DNA of 64,000 bases from Yuukianura sp. NJ FZ-2021. Its lineage: Eukaryota. The notes below the pieces were generated by a model that saw only the letters and a list, made by a program, of their open reading frames with translations, was not told the origin of the DNA and ran no database searches. The stretch lies in contig CM102290.1 in assembly GCA_046563655.1 (NCBI GenBank), forward strand, positions 4,154,001 through 4,218,000. Reading direction: 5' to 3'. The position numbers and the translations under genes were made by a program. Shown in pieces: positions 1 to 14,000 of this stretch; the first letter of the stretch is position 1, and each line of letters starts with the position of its first letter.

Positions 1-529
1 GTGTCGGGAAGCAGTTGAGTTGTTTAACATTCAAATCTCTACACAAACTTGAAGTTTAACGGTGACCTACCATGAAAAACGTTTTGCAGAATGAGAGGTT
101 TTTCTGTACATTATTTAATTATGAAGGCTTGAATTATTCAAGCACCTAACAAAGGCTGCTTCATTGTTTTCTAAAAACTTCTGTCCAGTTTTAATATAGT
201 ACACATTTTTCACCTATGCTACAATTAGAACACACTTAGTGACCAACTTTGTGTTAAAAAATTGTGAATTAAAGCCAACATATTTTTTTATGAAAAAAAA
301 TTGAATTTTGTTGCCGTGTGGGATTATTATTTACAGTTACCTGTCAGTCCGTTGGCAAAAAATTGCCCCTTTTGAAACTATGAAAAATTTATTTTATGAG
401 GAAACGGAATCTGTCCGGAATTTCGTTTCCTTTTTGCATTAACTAGGACGGATGCATTAATAACAGTTCCATCGATTATTCCAAACATGTCTCCTTGCCA
501 AGGTTCCTTGACAACCGAATTATGATTCC

Positions 530-729
530 TACAATAGGTTATCCAAAAACTCAAGGTTTTCAAAAATCATGCGTCAAACAATTTTTAGCACCAATTTTGT
601 GTATTCTTTTTCCCCAATTTTTTTTTCACGCTAAATCGCCATAGGGATGGAAGAAAAGTTCAAGGGGTTTCAATTTTGAATGTTTTTACCCAAAATCAAA
701 AAACCCGAGTTATTGGACAACCTGTTGTA
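530..729. mobile_element. Short Tc1/mariner-type MITE (TA-flanked, imperfect ~23-bp terminal inverted repeats)
   Basis: Left end TACAATAGGTTATCCAAAAACTC (530-552) is the near reverse complement of GAGTTATTGGACAACCTGTTGTA (707-729), with 3 mismatches. TA is present at both outer ends and the interior is non-coding and AT-rich. Confidence 0.6.
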
Positions 730-3700
730 GAAGGAAAACATTTTCTTTTGTTTACAGACCTTGTCTCCTTGCAACAACGTATTATCACAACCGTAGCTTC
801 ATCTCTGAATCTCAGCCGGAAGAACTTGTCACCACAACATATCTTGCGGATGTACACATTTTTAGTAAACAACATAAATCCTGGAATTGTAATTTGAAAA
901 TCATTTTAAATTAATGTGACTGTTGGAAATGGGAGTGGCTCGTAGAAAGTGACGACCTGTCCCATGCCATGTCCATTTGACATTCTGTTCCCACGCTAAT
1001 CTCCTTCTTTGAGTGACACTTGATGAATACTTAAATATAGTTTAGTGCCTAAAAAATCAGTAGATCTCTAAAACAGCTCACGCATCAACTTCCGTTGTTG
1101 TCCATGCCAGCCTCAGGGTCACCAAAAATTGGAACATGATTTTGCTCATTAGATGATTCAAAATAATTTTGGAAACAATACAGTTTCAACAGTTGGAGGG
1201 ATATCGTCTATGCACATTGTTCCAGTTTTACAGAGAATCAAGTCAAGGTTTCTGTATTGAATTTTGACAAAAAAAAATCTGTCTAAATTTTGCATTTTGG
1301 CAACAGAAGTTGTCAAAAATTTACTCAAATTTTCGACAGTAGTAGTTATAATATCACTTTTACGTACCTTGTAAAGGTTCCGTCTGTTGAATATTTCCCG
1401 TTAGGTTTAACACAAATTCAGTAACTGCTTTGTACAATTTAACAATACTAGGAATGGATTCCAATTCTTGAAAAATTTTAATGATTCAAGTACAATATAG
1501 TAGTACGTAGAAACGTTAAGTAAAGTAAGTTGATGTTCTTTTTTTTTATGTAAGAAGCTGTTCTTCAAAAATCATTGTGGAAATCAATTGAAAAATACTC
1601 TTGCAGTTAATTTTTTGTCAATACTTTTAATATCCCATAACTTTTTATATGTAATCGTTTCAGTTACCTTCAGTTTTGTTTTTGTTTGTTATTATTATAT
1701 CAGTCTCTTTCGATTACATAACTCATAACAAACGTTACCTATTTACCGTCATTGCCTAATACCACCACTACTACGGTAGAAGAATGGATGGAGAAAAATG
1801 AAGAAAAAAAATGTGAAAGTTCTACTTGCTCATTTCACTTTCAGCCGCCAGTCAGTCTGAGTTGAGCACTTCTCCGGTGAGGACGTCAGAGTCATTGGCT
1901 CCGTCATCTTTACTTCTTTAGGTAATTGATACAGTTATTCCAAGTTATTATTGTTCTGCACTGGAGTTTAATTAACACCGTACTAACTTTAGCAATGAAC
2001 AACTCCTTCATTTTTGGTAATCTCTCGTAAAAACAAATCATCTTTATTGCCCCCTATTTCGGAGTTTAGTATTTAGTTGGTCACACCGGTTTAAAATTTT
2101 GTGAAAAGCAATAACATCAAGATCTGAAACGAACCATTCCAGTTAGTACCCAGTTTTGGGATTAATCGGTAAGTTTATGCATGACAATGCACTTGGTGTC
2201 AATTTTTCAAACGTACTTTACAATGGGCCATGACTAAAATAATGACACGACAATGGAATTCAATATAAATCCTTAAAGTTCTCCTTTCCCTACTTTGTTT
2301 TTAAGTGGTGGTATGAAATTAAGGTCATCAGTCACTACTTAGTTGTCGTTCCCGAATTCCCGATGTAGTTTGGTATCGGTAGTAAGGTGGAGTACTAATG
2401 CATTTCCCCATGACGTTCGATTATTGAAACAAGACTTTCGGTTTCGAGACTGAAACGTTTACTTTTGCCGCCGTTCCCGTGTCATGGCGGATTACAAACT
2501 AGGTAGTAATGGTTGACACAAACACGAGTTATTGTTTATTTTCAAGTTTGAGTGAGTTTGAATGTAGTGCTTAATTGAATTTTTGAAAACTTAATTCCAG
2601 TAGTCGCTACACATAATCCTGTTAACAGAATGTTAACAGAAACAATAAAACATGTCTCTTGTACTATGTTTGTGTAGGGAAGATGGAGTACTTTGTTTCA
2701 TGGACTAAAGGACTCTCACGACTGCTGTTCAACCATCAAGAAACAGACTTTCACCGCTTGTGAAACAGTTAAATCTCTCGGCAGCTGCGAAACGGATTAA
2801 AGACGATGAACAATGAATTGAAACCAAGACCTACCACTTCTTGTCCACTACTATGCCCATTCCAGTAGAATCAATCTACACAAGTACGTCCTCGTCCATT
2901 CATTATTTAGTCACCGCATGGAAGACTTGACAATCGACAACGTCTTAACAAGTACTATCCACTAATCCTTCTACGCCACTTTCAACGTCACAGTGCATCA
3001 CCAAAAGGACTTCTCCACCACACTTTTCTCCACTTCCGACCAATCAACCGGCATCACCTTCACGCTCCTTCTCAAGATTGAAATTGGCCGTGGTTCAGCA
3101 TTTTCTCAAGTACTCCTGGAACTACTGCTTGCTACAGAGCTCTTGCGGTAACGAATTTAAGCTCCACTTCTTTTCATTTTGCTGAATTAACTTCTACTGC
3201 TTTGCTTGCTGTCAAGTACTTTCTCTCTACAACTGTGTTGGTTTACGGTTGAAAGGCTGTGTTAGGTGTATTGATTTCCGCGCACAGTACTTTGCCACTA
3301 TGTCACGTGTTGACATGGGTTGAGAACATTGATTAAGTGATTGGCTTTCCAAATATTTTCTGAAATTTTAAACCACAACAGATTTGGGAACTTAGCTGTG
3401 GGCAGAGCCTATCAATCATTTCCGGTTTTCGAATTGAGGGAGTCGTGTTTCGGGAACAAATTCAACCTTGTCACGTAGAATTCAATCAATGTCCAACATC
3501 AACATTGTTGTTAGTGTTACCCATACGTGGGAGCCCCTCGATTATGGATAGATACAGGAGAAAGCGGACATTCTCATACATTTTATTCAAAAAATAGTTT
3601 TTTTTTAGTAATATCTCAAGGATAGTTCCTGCTAATTTGTTTATTCGTTAAAATTCGGCGCTAATTTTAACTAGGTTGGTTGTAAATTACAATTTGTAAT

Positions 3701-6171
3701 GTTGAAACTAACCTAAAGAAACACTTTTGGTTACACAATCCTGAAAATTTTGGCAAGACATTAAAGCGTTTGGTATTGGACAGGGCTGAAGTCGAGGTCA
3801 GCATTTAAAGGGCTTTTATCTGTAGGCTTGAAATTGGCATTTAAGATTTAAAAGTTAAATTCGTTCTATCCGTTTACAATCTTTAAGTCAAGTGGATAGT
3901 ACATATTGACCGTCTATTAGCGGACTGTCTATTGCTAATTTATTCCCGTTTAACAATTGGGGGATAATAAGTTGGAACAAAATTAGTACGTAATGGAGTA
4001 ATTTGTTTAAATAAATGATGTAAAAGACTTTGGAAACGTTACTGTGTCTAAAGGTCACTGAGAATTACAGGACTTTTTTAAATTCCAAGAAACTAAATGC
4101 TGGGCTTGCTTACACTCGTCATTGCATTGTAGTGAATGAGCGTAGTGCTAAAGGTGTTGTCGCATTACAAGGTCGTAGGTTGTAGTGCATGGAAGATTAC
4201 ATACATAAGCTTTGGATTTCCTAAAATATACACTGGGGATGGCAGGATTAAGTTGACTCTTTTAATTGTGACAGATTATAGTGTGAAAATATGAATGTGT
4301 TAAGCCTAGGTTTAGGTTTGGTTAAATTATAGCGAGGTCAAATATACAAGTTTCAAGTTGAACGTCATTTTCACTTTGTTAGAACGAAAGAGTTTATATG
4401 TACTAAGCGAATTTTCAAAACATACATCGTTTGAGAGTACTTTCATTTTGCTGTATGTTAACTTTGGCGTAAGTGAGAGTTACAGTAAACCCTCTCATTG
4501 TGCAACGTCTTCGCTTGTTACCATTACATAAACCCGTATTTTTACTCCCAGTGACCTTTAGAATTTTTTGATCGGTAGGGCTTTTTCGCCACTTCGCTGA
4601 GGGAAGTCTATCTTAGGTTTGTTTGCAATAATCCTTCGAAAAATTCGAGTTTTACGCCTTCCCGTGCCGTCAAATGCAGGAGAACAACTGTGTTGCGGAA
4701 TGAGAGGGTTTGCTGTACTGTTGTATGCAAGTGTAAGTGGTCTAGACGAACGTGCCAGGACAATAAGTAACTAAAGATGAATGTTGTGTATAATGACGCT
4801 GGAAGCTAGCAATTCAATTGTAATTAATGGTAGTGTAGTTATGGATTTTATGTCAAGGAAGCCCAAGTTTCGAGTTTTATGAAGCTAACGTAAAACGTTT
4901 TACAGTAAGCTGAGACGGGAGCAGACGGAGAATATTAATTCGTCGTTAAAATTATGAACGGAAAAGTTTGCCTTGACTTAAGAAGTGTGTCTAGAAGGGC
5001 ATGAGAAAGTTGGAAGCTTGGGTAATAGAGAGGGAAATAACACTGGAGAAATTCAGGTACTTTCACTTTCCTCTTTTAAATCCTTCCTTCCATCCATCAC
5101 TTTATCCCTTCTCTCTCGAGAACCTGGCTACTTTTTTTTTTATAATATTGTCATAGTAGACGCAAAGCCTCCAAGGATTGTTGCGGTTGGTTTTATATTT
5201 ACCAAGTTTAGGTTTTGTTCAAATTGGAATAGTACATGTTCGAAATTGAATTTTCTTTTTTTTATCACTGTGTGGGAAGCATGCCAATAATGACAGACGA
5301 CGAGAAAATCAATTTTTTTCGAGCTTGAGGAAAAACTGACCATTGAAGGGTGACCTTTCACTTTCACCATTTCGTTCTTCCACTTTCACCTAATAGCTCT
5401 TCCTAGATTTTCCCCCAATATTTTCTAGAATCCAACGAATGTTAGTAGTGTGGAGTCATTTTAGTACAGATTTCTAACGGCTCCTTGTCGTGGATATGGC
5501 AGTACTATGATGGAATTGAACTAAACGGGAGGAATCGTGTGCTATGAAGACTAAAATGGGATTTATAGAGGAAATAGGTGTGATTGTGCCTATTTTGAAA
5601 TCATTTCTAAACTCTGGGAAGTCCTTCCTTGTTTGTTGTGTCCATTTCCTCTGATGTTGGTATTCTTCCACACGTTCTAAATTTTATTGATAGTGTTCAA
5701 ATGGAGAATTAGCATGCGATGGGCTGGGCCCTTACAATAAGGTTAGGTTGTGATGGCGCCCACAGTGCCGTTTTGCTGAAAGTCCACTTTCTCTGGCTGT
5801 AGTTTATGAGTTCCTGTTTGGCACATGGGAAGAATGGCCTTTCTCTCCTCTACTGTCTCCCGCCTTCCTTTCCACTCTTTTTCTCCCTCGCTATAATTTC
5901 TCATTTCTCAGTCATTACAATCATAATTCACTACACAACGGACAAGGCAACTACAAACTGATGGAATCGCTGAGTAACAATCCCTCTGCGTCGGTCGTGT
6001 TCACATACAACTTTGTAAATGGGTTTCCAGCAGTGCAAAAAAGACCTGCCAAATTCCAGCGTCGAATCACTTTTTTGATGAAACTGAATTCATTCAAAAT
6101 GTCCTACTACAATAGTTTGGCACTTTGTACAGCACTGAATTTAGAATTATTATAATAATATTGTAAGGAAA

Positions 6172-6845
6172 ATTTTTCGGATCCAGAAAAAAAAAACTTT
6201 TTTTTTGGACAAGATTTGCGATTTTCTTTTCTTCGAAATCACTTCTTAGGACGTTCTAAGCCATTTCCAAACGTTTTCTACAAAAAAAGAAATTTGGTAG
6301 GAAGGGTCCCCCCTTTGCATGTTTTTGGACTCGGTCGTTTTTCAACTTTTTGAAAATGAAGGTAAGGGGGTACCCTTCCATCAAGAAAATTTTTTTTTTT
6401 CACTTTTGCCCCAAACCCACTTAAAACTCATTTTCACACTATAAAACGATGTTTTAGCGAAAAAAAAATTTTTTTTGAAAATTTCAAACTGTACCTAAGA
6501 TTTTTCGGATCCAAAAAAAAAACTTTTTTGACGTTTTTCGAAAAAACTTATTTTTTCCTTTCTAATCAATTTTTAGGACGTTTTAAGCCATTCCCTAACG
6601 TTTTCTGAAAGAAATGAACATTTTTGGAGGGGAAGGGTCCCCCCTTTACTTATTTTTGGACTTTGTCGATTTTCACCTTTTTTTGAAAATGAAGGTGATG
6701 GGGGACCCTACCCATCAAGAAAACATTTTTTTTTTCACTTTTGCCCCAAACCCACTTAAAACTCATTTTCACACTATAAAACGATGTTTTAGCGAAAAGA
6801 AATTTTTTTTGAAAATTTCAAACTGGACTAAGATTTTTCGGATCC
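6172..6845. repeat. Tandem repeat, two full copies of a ~330-bp unit
   Basis: TTTTTCGGATCC recurs at about 6173, 6501 and 6834 (periods 328 and 333). The block TTTCACTTTTGCCCCAAACCCACTTAAAACTCATTTTCACACTATAAAACGATGTTTTAGCGAAAA occurs at about 6398 and 6733. Confidence 0.85.
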
Positions 6846-9800
6846 GAAAAACCAAAAGCAACAATTAAACAAAAATTCAAGGATAGAACTATGAACTGAC
6901 TAAAAACGAGTTTCCCAGCGAAGACAAGGCACCGTTTGTGACATTGATTTTAGACAGATGTAAATACGTTTTGTAAATGAGCCTGTGTTAACCTTATGCC
7001 GCTAACCTCTAAAGTAAGCTGCTATGCTAGAGAATATGCCATTGTATGTTATGAAATTTTGGTTCTCGTTTGAACGTTTGGTTTCCAAGTTAAAAGTGAA
7101 GAGGTTTCGTAATTTGTGTTTAGCTTTGTAGTACTGAAGGTAGTTTTCACTTTTATGTAACGCAATCTTCTCTTCCTTTCTTGCTAGTAATTGGATCTTT
7201 GGAAATGGGATGAAAGGGTTTTGGTGGTGGTTGAGTTTTGAGAAGGATGTAGTAGTTTTTGAAAAATTTTCGTTTCATGGATTATAAAGAGCACAATTGA
7301 ATTGAAATGGAAATCTGTTCATGTCAGAGAGAAAAAAGTCAAGAGAAAACAGGATTTTAATTGAATTTCTATTGACGGATACTTAAGAATCTATAAAGTT
7401 CCGGCTAGCCAAAGAAATCGATTTCCTCCCGTCTCCTGCTCTTGGAAAACTGCTTTCTGTTTCTGAAAAAGAACAGAAAAGTTTTTGTGGTTTCTTCAAA
7501 CTTTTCGATTCCTTTTTCACTTGAATTTTTTTTTATACCATTTCCATTATGATGCTCTTCCGCAACCGAATTTCTCTTATTCTAATAAATTTGACTTTCT
7601 TTCCTCTTTCTCTTTCTCTCCCTAATAATTTTCAATTGTAATTTCAAAGGAAATGGAACGTGTTTTGGCATTCAAACGATGTCACACATGTTAACTAAAT
7701 TGACATCCGAAATTTAACGCCTTCTTTTAATTTTTTTTTGAAGTGGGTTGAAATGATGTTAGGGAGAGTAATTAGTGGGTTCCAATTACTGCCTGCCTTT
7801 TTGAAGTGTTGTTTGGTATCTTAGGCAATGCAATATAATGGAAGCAAATTAAACCGAAACATCTTGAACTGCGGGCAGAAGTTGGCTTGAGCACAGGAGG
7901 CTATGTTCCCTGGTTCATTTACTATGTAAATTACTGGAACTACATTTACATTGGATTTGTACGGAGGGATTGCTGGTTCCCGTCGCTTTCACTTCCCTTC
8001 GTACCAGTTTGGCTCAGGAGAAAGTTCCTAGTTAAATATTTAGATTTGTCTGCTGATCCATGCTGGAAGGTTGGGACTACGCATCCCACGTCACGCAAAC
8101 TAATTAAAACCAACTTTTCTGGAAATTTCTTCTGGGAAAAGTCTCATATAAGTTTCGGTGCTTTCTCTCTATTGTTCGTGCGGTTTTAATCCAGTAGCCA
8201 CTGCATCGAAATAATAGTTACAGACTATAGTTGAATACATGATGAGTATGTATTTATATTAGCTCAGGCGCATAATTAAGCAATGGCTAGTGATGATTTA
8301 TTTATAAAGTCTAAATTTGGGAATAATCAAATTTGTTTCGGGTTAACTTGATTTTTAATTAATATGTTGAATCTAAGGAAACTCCGAACTGTATCCTTTT
8401 TAAGAAATACTAATTTAATACAAGCATGCCGAGCATGCTTACTAGGATTTTGCCCAAGACCCGTGCAACCTTTTATCATATCCTATTGAAACTTTCACCT
8501 TATATCCCTGGTGTTAATTCCTTTCCGTTAACTTGAGGAAAATTTTTCCTTATCTTCTTTACGCCTTTTTCTTTAAACGAATGGAAAAAAAAAGTTTGTT
8601 GATTTTGATTTGAAGAAGATTTGGTTTAATTTTCGAAGCCACAACAAGAAGGCGAAGTATGCTGGTGAAATTATTAAACAAAATTTTGCCTGAATTTTTT
8701 TTGTAGCAAAACGTTTACAAATTGTTTTATGAAAACACCAAAAACCATGAGAGAAAAAAAAAACATTTAAAATATTTGCCTCCCAAAAATTTTTTGGAAT
8801 GTCAGAAGAGTTTAGATCCAGTTTGACATCAAGTTTTTGTTTGTCCATATAACAAATTTAAAAAAAAAACGCAGAATTGAAACAGTAAGAAACCCTTTTT
8901 GTTGGGCAACATTTGAACATTACTGCACGCTAAAAATGTAGGAAGAATATTACAATTTTCACTCAAAAAGCATGACCTATTTTTTTTTTAAATTAATTTT
9001 TGAAAACGAGTTTCTGAGTTCGAAAAGTGAAATTGCCAATTCCAACTCTTAAAAAAACTTATTTTCCTGAAACTTGTTTCTTACAGGAAACAGTTTCTTT
9101 TATAAATCGGTTTTTAAAAACAAATCTGACACCAAAAGCTTACCCGCTCTGCTCCGGTTTTTAAACAAAACAAAGAATTTGTGTTAAAAAAAAAACTTTC
9201 TAATTTTTCAAACGCGAAGTTTCGCCCTTTACTAAGGAGGTCTTACACAGAGGTGCGAGTTCAGGCTATAAGCCGAAGCATGATTTATAGTTTCAAGAAG
9301 ATGTTGGGTGTACAGAATTATTTGAACATTGTAGATTTGTGTTGTCTGTTGTGTTAGTGGTTCAGGATAGTTATTTAACAATTTTAGTATGATCCAAACA
9401 TCTGTACTGTGTATGAGAGCTCCATTTATTTATGTGGGCTTTTGGTTTAGTACTCCATGTTAAAACAACCGCACCAAGTCAAATGCCCACTAAATTATAT
9501 TAGTAATCATAAAATGAGGTTAGCCAAAAATCTAGGAGCTCAAAGCTCGGCAAATGCCTAGGACTTGCACTTTGTACTCGAAGATTAATGAAGAACAGGT
9601 TAAGTAGGTGGGAGTGACTTTCCTTTTAGTAAATGGGATTCGCGTCAGCAGGTCAGACTTAGTTCCTTTGAAGGAGCAAGTACTAATGTTTGGTGCTAAA
9701 AATACGAGCAAAGAGGCTAAGATCCTATCTTTTCTAGCAAGGAAGTAGTGAATCCGCAGCGTTTACATTTCCTGACACTAATAGTTCGGAAGGACTCCAT

Positions 9801-11015
9801 CCTCACCTGGCATTGCAGCCTCTCCCGGGTTGCGTGTAGTTTTCTTTTCTTGGCAATTTCCAGCATAAGGCAGAGCTGCTAAGGTTGAGCTACCACTTCT
9901 ATATACTAAGATCCATATTTGCAACACGTTGATTTTTCCATGAACTTCTTGGGATGATGCAGAGCGTCATGGTGGAAGGTGGAGAAAGTAAAGAGAAAGT
10001 TATGAGAACAAGAGCTGTTTGGGTTGATGGAGAGGAGGATTTGATCTTCAGTTTGAAATTGTTCAGAACAGATGCTATAGTCTACAACTAATAGGATTTT
10101 TCATTCTTTTCATCTACAAAAACCTTAGCATGTCTTAAGCTTTCTAGACTTTACTTTTTATGTTCAATTTCCATTCTGATTCATGAAGCACGAAGGAAGA
10201 TAATTTTACGTTTTCTTAGCCCGAGATTGGTCTGCCGAGATGGCTAAATCTGGAGAAAGTCATGTGTTTTGGACACTGATAAAAATGGCCTAACAGTATT
10301 CTGAATTTATTTCCAGTATAAAGTCTTCTTTTTATTTTTATACCGTAACACGTAACTCCACCAGGAAATGAGTTCCTATGACATTTTGGTTTAGCCATTT
10401 TTGTGTGTTACAGGCTGATGTTTGGTCATTCCATTGGTAAATTGTATTTGCAACTATTCGTATTCGTCATTTATGTGAAAGGTAGTAGTAAAAGTTTCAG
10501 TTATAGAAAAAATTTCCTTTTGTTTTAACCTCACGTGACTGTGGAATTCCTTTTGAAATACAAATTAGTGTGCGGGAGAAAGCATTTATGAAGATTTGCC
10601 CGCGTTTTTAACTGCGTTTGGAGGCTGAACTTGCGATATTGACTTGTCAATAAAGTTGTGGTGTCAAGTAAGTGGAAATGATAGCGATAAGTAGTTATAT
10701 TGACTTTACGTTACTGACTGATAATATTTAATTCCACGACACGGACAGAGCTTGGAAAGTCAAAATTTCATCGTGAATTGCAGGCTGCAGTGCAGCTCCA
10801 AACCTTCAGCACTTCAGTGTCAGAATTTAATTGGTTTTTCTTGGCTCCTTTTAGACAAGTCTGACACTCAACGGGCTGCTCAAGCTAAAAACGTTTGGAC
10901 TGAAGACGGAATTGTACCAGAAATCATCCTCATCTGTCCATTGTCATTGGTTACGAGAGATGTACTTGAGGACAGAACAACAACTGGTTGAGACAGGGAC
11001 GTAATCTTGATCAAC

Positions 11016-14000
11016 ATGGCCTTTGTCCTTTTGAACGGCAAATCCTTCTTCATCGTACTCGGTGTCACTGTCTTCTGCATGCTTGCATTCATTGCAGTTC
11101 ACCAACCACAACAGGTAAGATCATCTAAAATGAAATGACACAAGATTTTATAGCACTCTTTTATGTTGAGATACAATACAACGCGGGTTGTTGGCATCGT
11201 TGTGATGAAATTACGCAAAAGATGTTTCGTTTCAATTTAGACTTGGGAGAACCTAATAACCGGAAGAAAGTTTTCTCCTTTGTGTCATCCTTTCTCTTGT
11301 ATACTAACTAGTTAGGTTGATTTCAGTTTCATCTTCCTTTTATGACACAAAGTTTCTCATTCAATTCCAAAGCCCGCAATGCGCCCAACGCGTTTTTTTG
11401 GTAGAAGGGAAAGCGGACGGGGAAGTAATTCGTCTAAAGGAGGAAAGGAACTTCCTTGGTTAGTGTCACTCTTTGAAGGAATTAAAAGCGAGAAAGTTAG
11501 GATGAAAGTTGAATTTGGGCCTCTCAATGTGTAAGTTGGCTTTGGACCACTCCCTTTGTCCCTGTCTTCTAGTCTTCTCTTCTAGGAAAACGGACATGAC
11601 TCCAGGATCTTCTTCTCTCGTTTTGACTCTGACCTTGTTTTGAAAATGATTTGAAATCTCTCAGAGTGCGTCTGAGACCACCGCAAATGCAATTTACTTT
11701 CTATCTCTTTCCTTGATTCCCGTCGACTTTTTTTTTTTCGTAAGAAGTTGGAACCGGGGAGAAAAGTGTTTTCGTTTCTTTCCCTCTGCCCATCCATCCA
11801 TTGGATTCTTTATATTCCTTCCAATTCTCAACCGAAAGAACACTTCTTTTATTTCCCCACAAGGAGATGATGATAGTCTCCACCATCCTCATCATCACCC
11901 TAACCTAACGTAACCCAATGAAACGTAAAGTAAGTGCTTTCTCCACTCTCTTTAAGGAAACGACTTTTCCAGGAGGGAAATAGGAAGCACACGGAGGCCA
12001 GAGCATACTGGCTGAGTTTTACATTCCCCAGAATTATAAGGCAGAATTTCCATTTTAAATTAATCATGGTTCCAGTAACAGTTTTCTTCCATGGCCATTT
12101 GTTTTCAATGTGCCGAAATGGCGGGGATCATTTTTAGTATTTTGACACCACTGGAAATGCCATCCACGTAATTTTTGGCATCCCGGAATGTCAGTCATCA
12201 TTACATGCACGAGAGGAAACGATTTTTTTCTGCCAGGAAAGACTCTGGAGCGTAGGATTTTGTGAGCTGGGATGTCAGACCTTGTTATTTTGAGGGCGTT
12301 GGGGCAAATGGTTTTTGTATGGAACAGGTTCTGGTGAAATAGGAGTCATGCCGAGCCTATTTAATGTCGAGGACCTGTCTCAGTTACTATGATTTCTAGT
12401 CATAATAAACTTACTAACGTTTTTTAAACTGTTTTCTCAACACTGGACCTAGCGCTTCTTCTTAAGTAGAGCTTGGCCCAGAGCATTAGCTTCAAATTCA
12501 ACCTCACTGACTTATATTTATGATGATGAGCACAGTTTATATTCATCGTGATGATTCATTCCAACATTTCCTGAAGTGCATTGTGTTTTATAAGGGAGAA
12601 AGTAACGTGTCCCTGCAATTCATGCAGGAAGAGGAAACAGTAGTACGGTGTTTTATGATCTCGTTTTATTTTGACTTTGCAGTTCCCCGTGACATCGGTT
12701 AGTTCACCTGGAGACGAGAGGTTGATATCCCTTCGAGTGGACGATTTCATAGTTCATGTTTCGGAGAAAGTTCTGGATGGAATTCGAAATGAGCGACTTC
12801 TGTGTCATGCGGAAGGAAGTAAGAGTAGCCTAATGAAATACGACATTCAGAATCCAGATTTATATTTCGCGAACACCAAATTGAAATGCTGACATTTTGA
12901 ACAAATTTTTGTTGTAAAGGGCATTTGGAAAAGACAGCGAAGGAGATGGATGTGCCTGGAAACAGAGAGACTCTGCCCATCATTTATATCATTACTCCTA
13001 CTTACAAAAGACCTGAACAAATTCCTGATTTAACAAGACTCTCCCAAAGTCTAATGAACGTTCCTTCTATTATGTGGCTCGTCGTTGAAGATGCTGAAGT
13101 ACTCAATCCTAATGTAGCCGAAATTGCTAGGAGATCTGGAATTCCATATGTTCATTTGATTGGTAAGTCATGACTTGTGCTCGGTAAATAAGCTTGTTCA
13201 AATGAAGAGTAATTTACCAAATTAGAGCAGCTTCGTTACGTTTACGTAAAAAGCAGAGCTCGTGTTGATGTATTGTAGAGATTCCGTCAAATTGAAGTGC
13301 TCTTTTCTGTGAAATGCTTTGACGCTAGTAATTCCAAGTAATTCCAATTGTGTTCTGCCGTAACGAAATGTGTTGCAGAATGTATGACGGCATCCAATTT
13401 CACAACCAATTTCCCCCAAATGAAATGTCTCACTAGTCATTCCTGTTAGAATTTATGAGTGGGTTAAAATTTAAGTCAAGTTTGGACCTAAAGTCACCGC
13501 CTAATTTTATTTATGACTTTTGATCCTGCTCTTCAATTTGATCTGGGTTTTGAGGGTAACGGATCCACTTTACGTCATCCTTGGTCCTATTTGCTCCTAT
13601 CGGAATTGTTAGAACGAATTACACAGAAGCATGGAGCATGGAACTCCTCCATTTATTTCCTTCAGTAGCTGTTTACTCGATTTCCCAGAAGCAACATATC
13701 GGGTTACTCCGTTTCACGAAAATGCTCTTCTAGATCATCAGATATTCCGGTAGTTGCGTTCAAAGTGGGAATTAGGGAATACTCTCTTATATCATGTTCA
13801 GTGACAAACGTAATGTAAGGAGGAAGGGCGGGGATTAGGCAGAAGTAGTAACCAGGAGTACTAGCTCCAGGAAGAAGTGTTGGTATGCAAGGCACAAACG
13901 CCACTTCCAGTGGAAATTGGGAAAAGGCGGGCTTTCTAATTGACGCCTTCGGTCAAAACATAACTTTCTCCTTCTGTTACTTGCCTTTTTTTTACTTCTT

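Noticed and set aside
8391..8540. U12-type donor GTATCCTTT with a branch-like TTCCGTTAAC downstream
   Set aside because: No flanking exons could be supported and the branch site is imperfect.
9807..10081. Minus-strand segment reading YSICSEQFQTED, reminiscent of a THAP domain
   Set aside because: The essential His is absent, the other zinc ligands are not found and the frame stops shortly after.
12520..12575. Box C/D snoRNA-like motifs (ATGATGA, GTGATGA, CTGA) in GlcAT intron 1
   Set aside because: Only about 55 nt, with no terminal stem and no rRNA-complementary guide that I could recognise.
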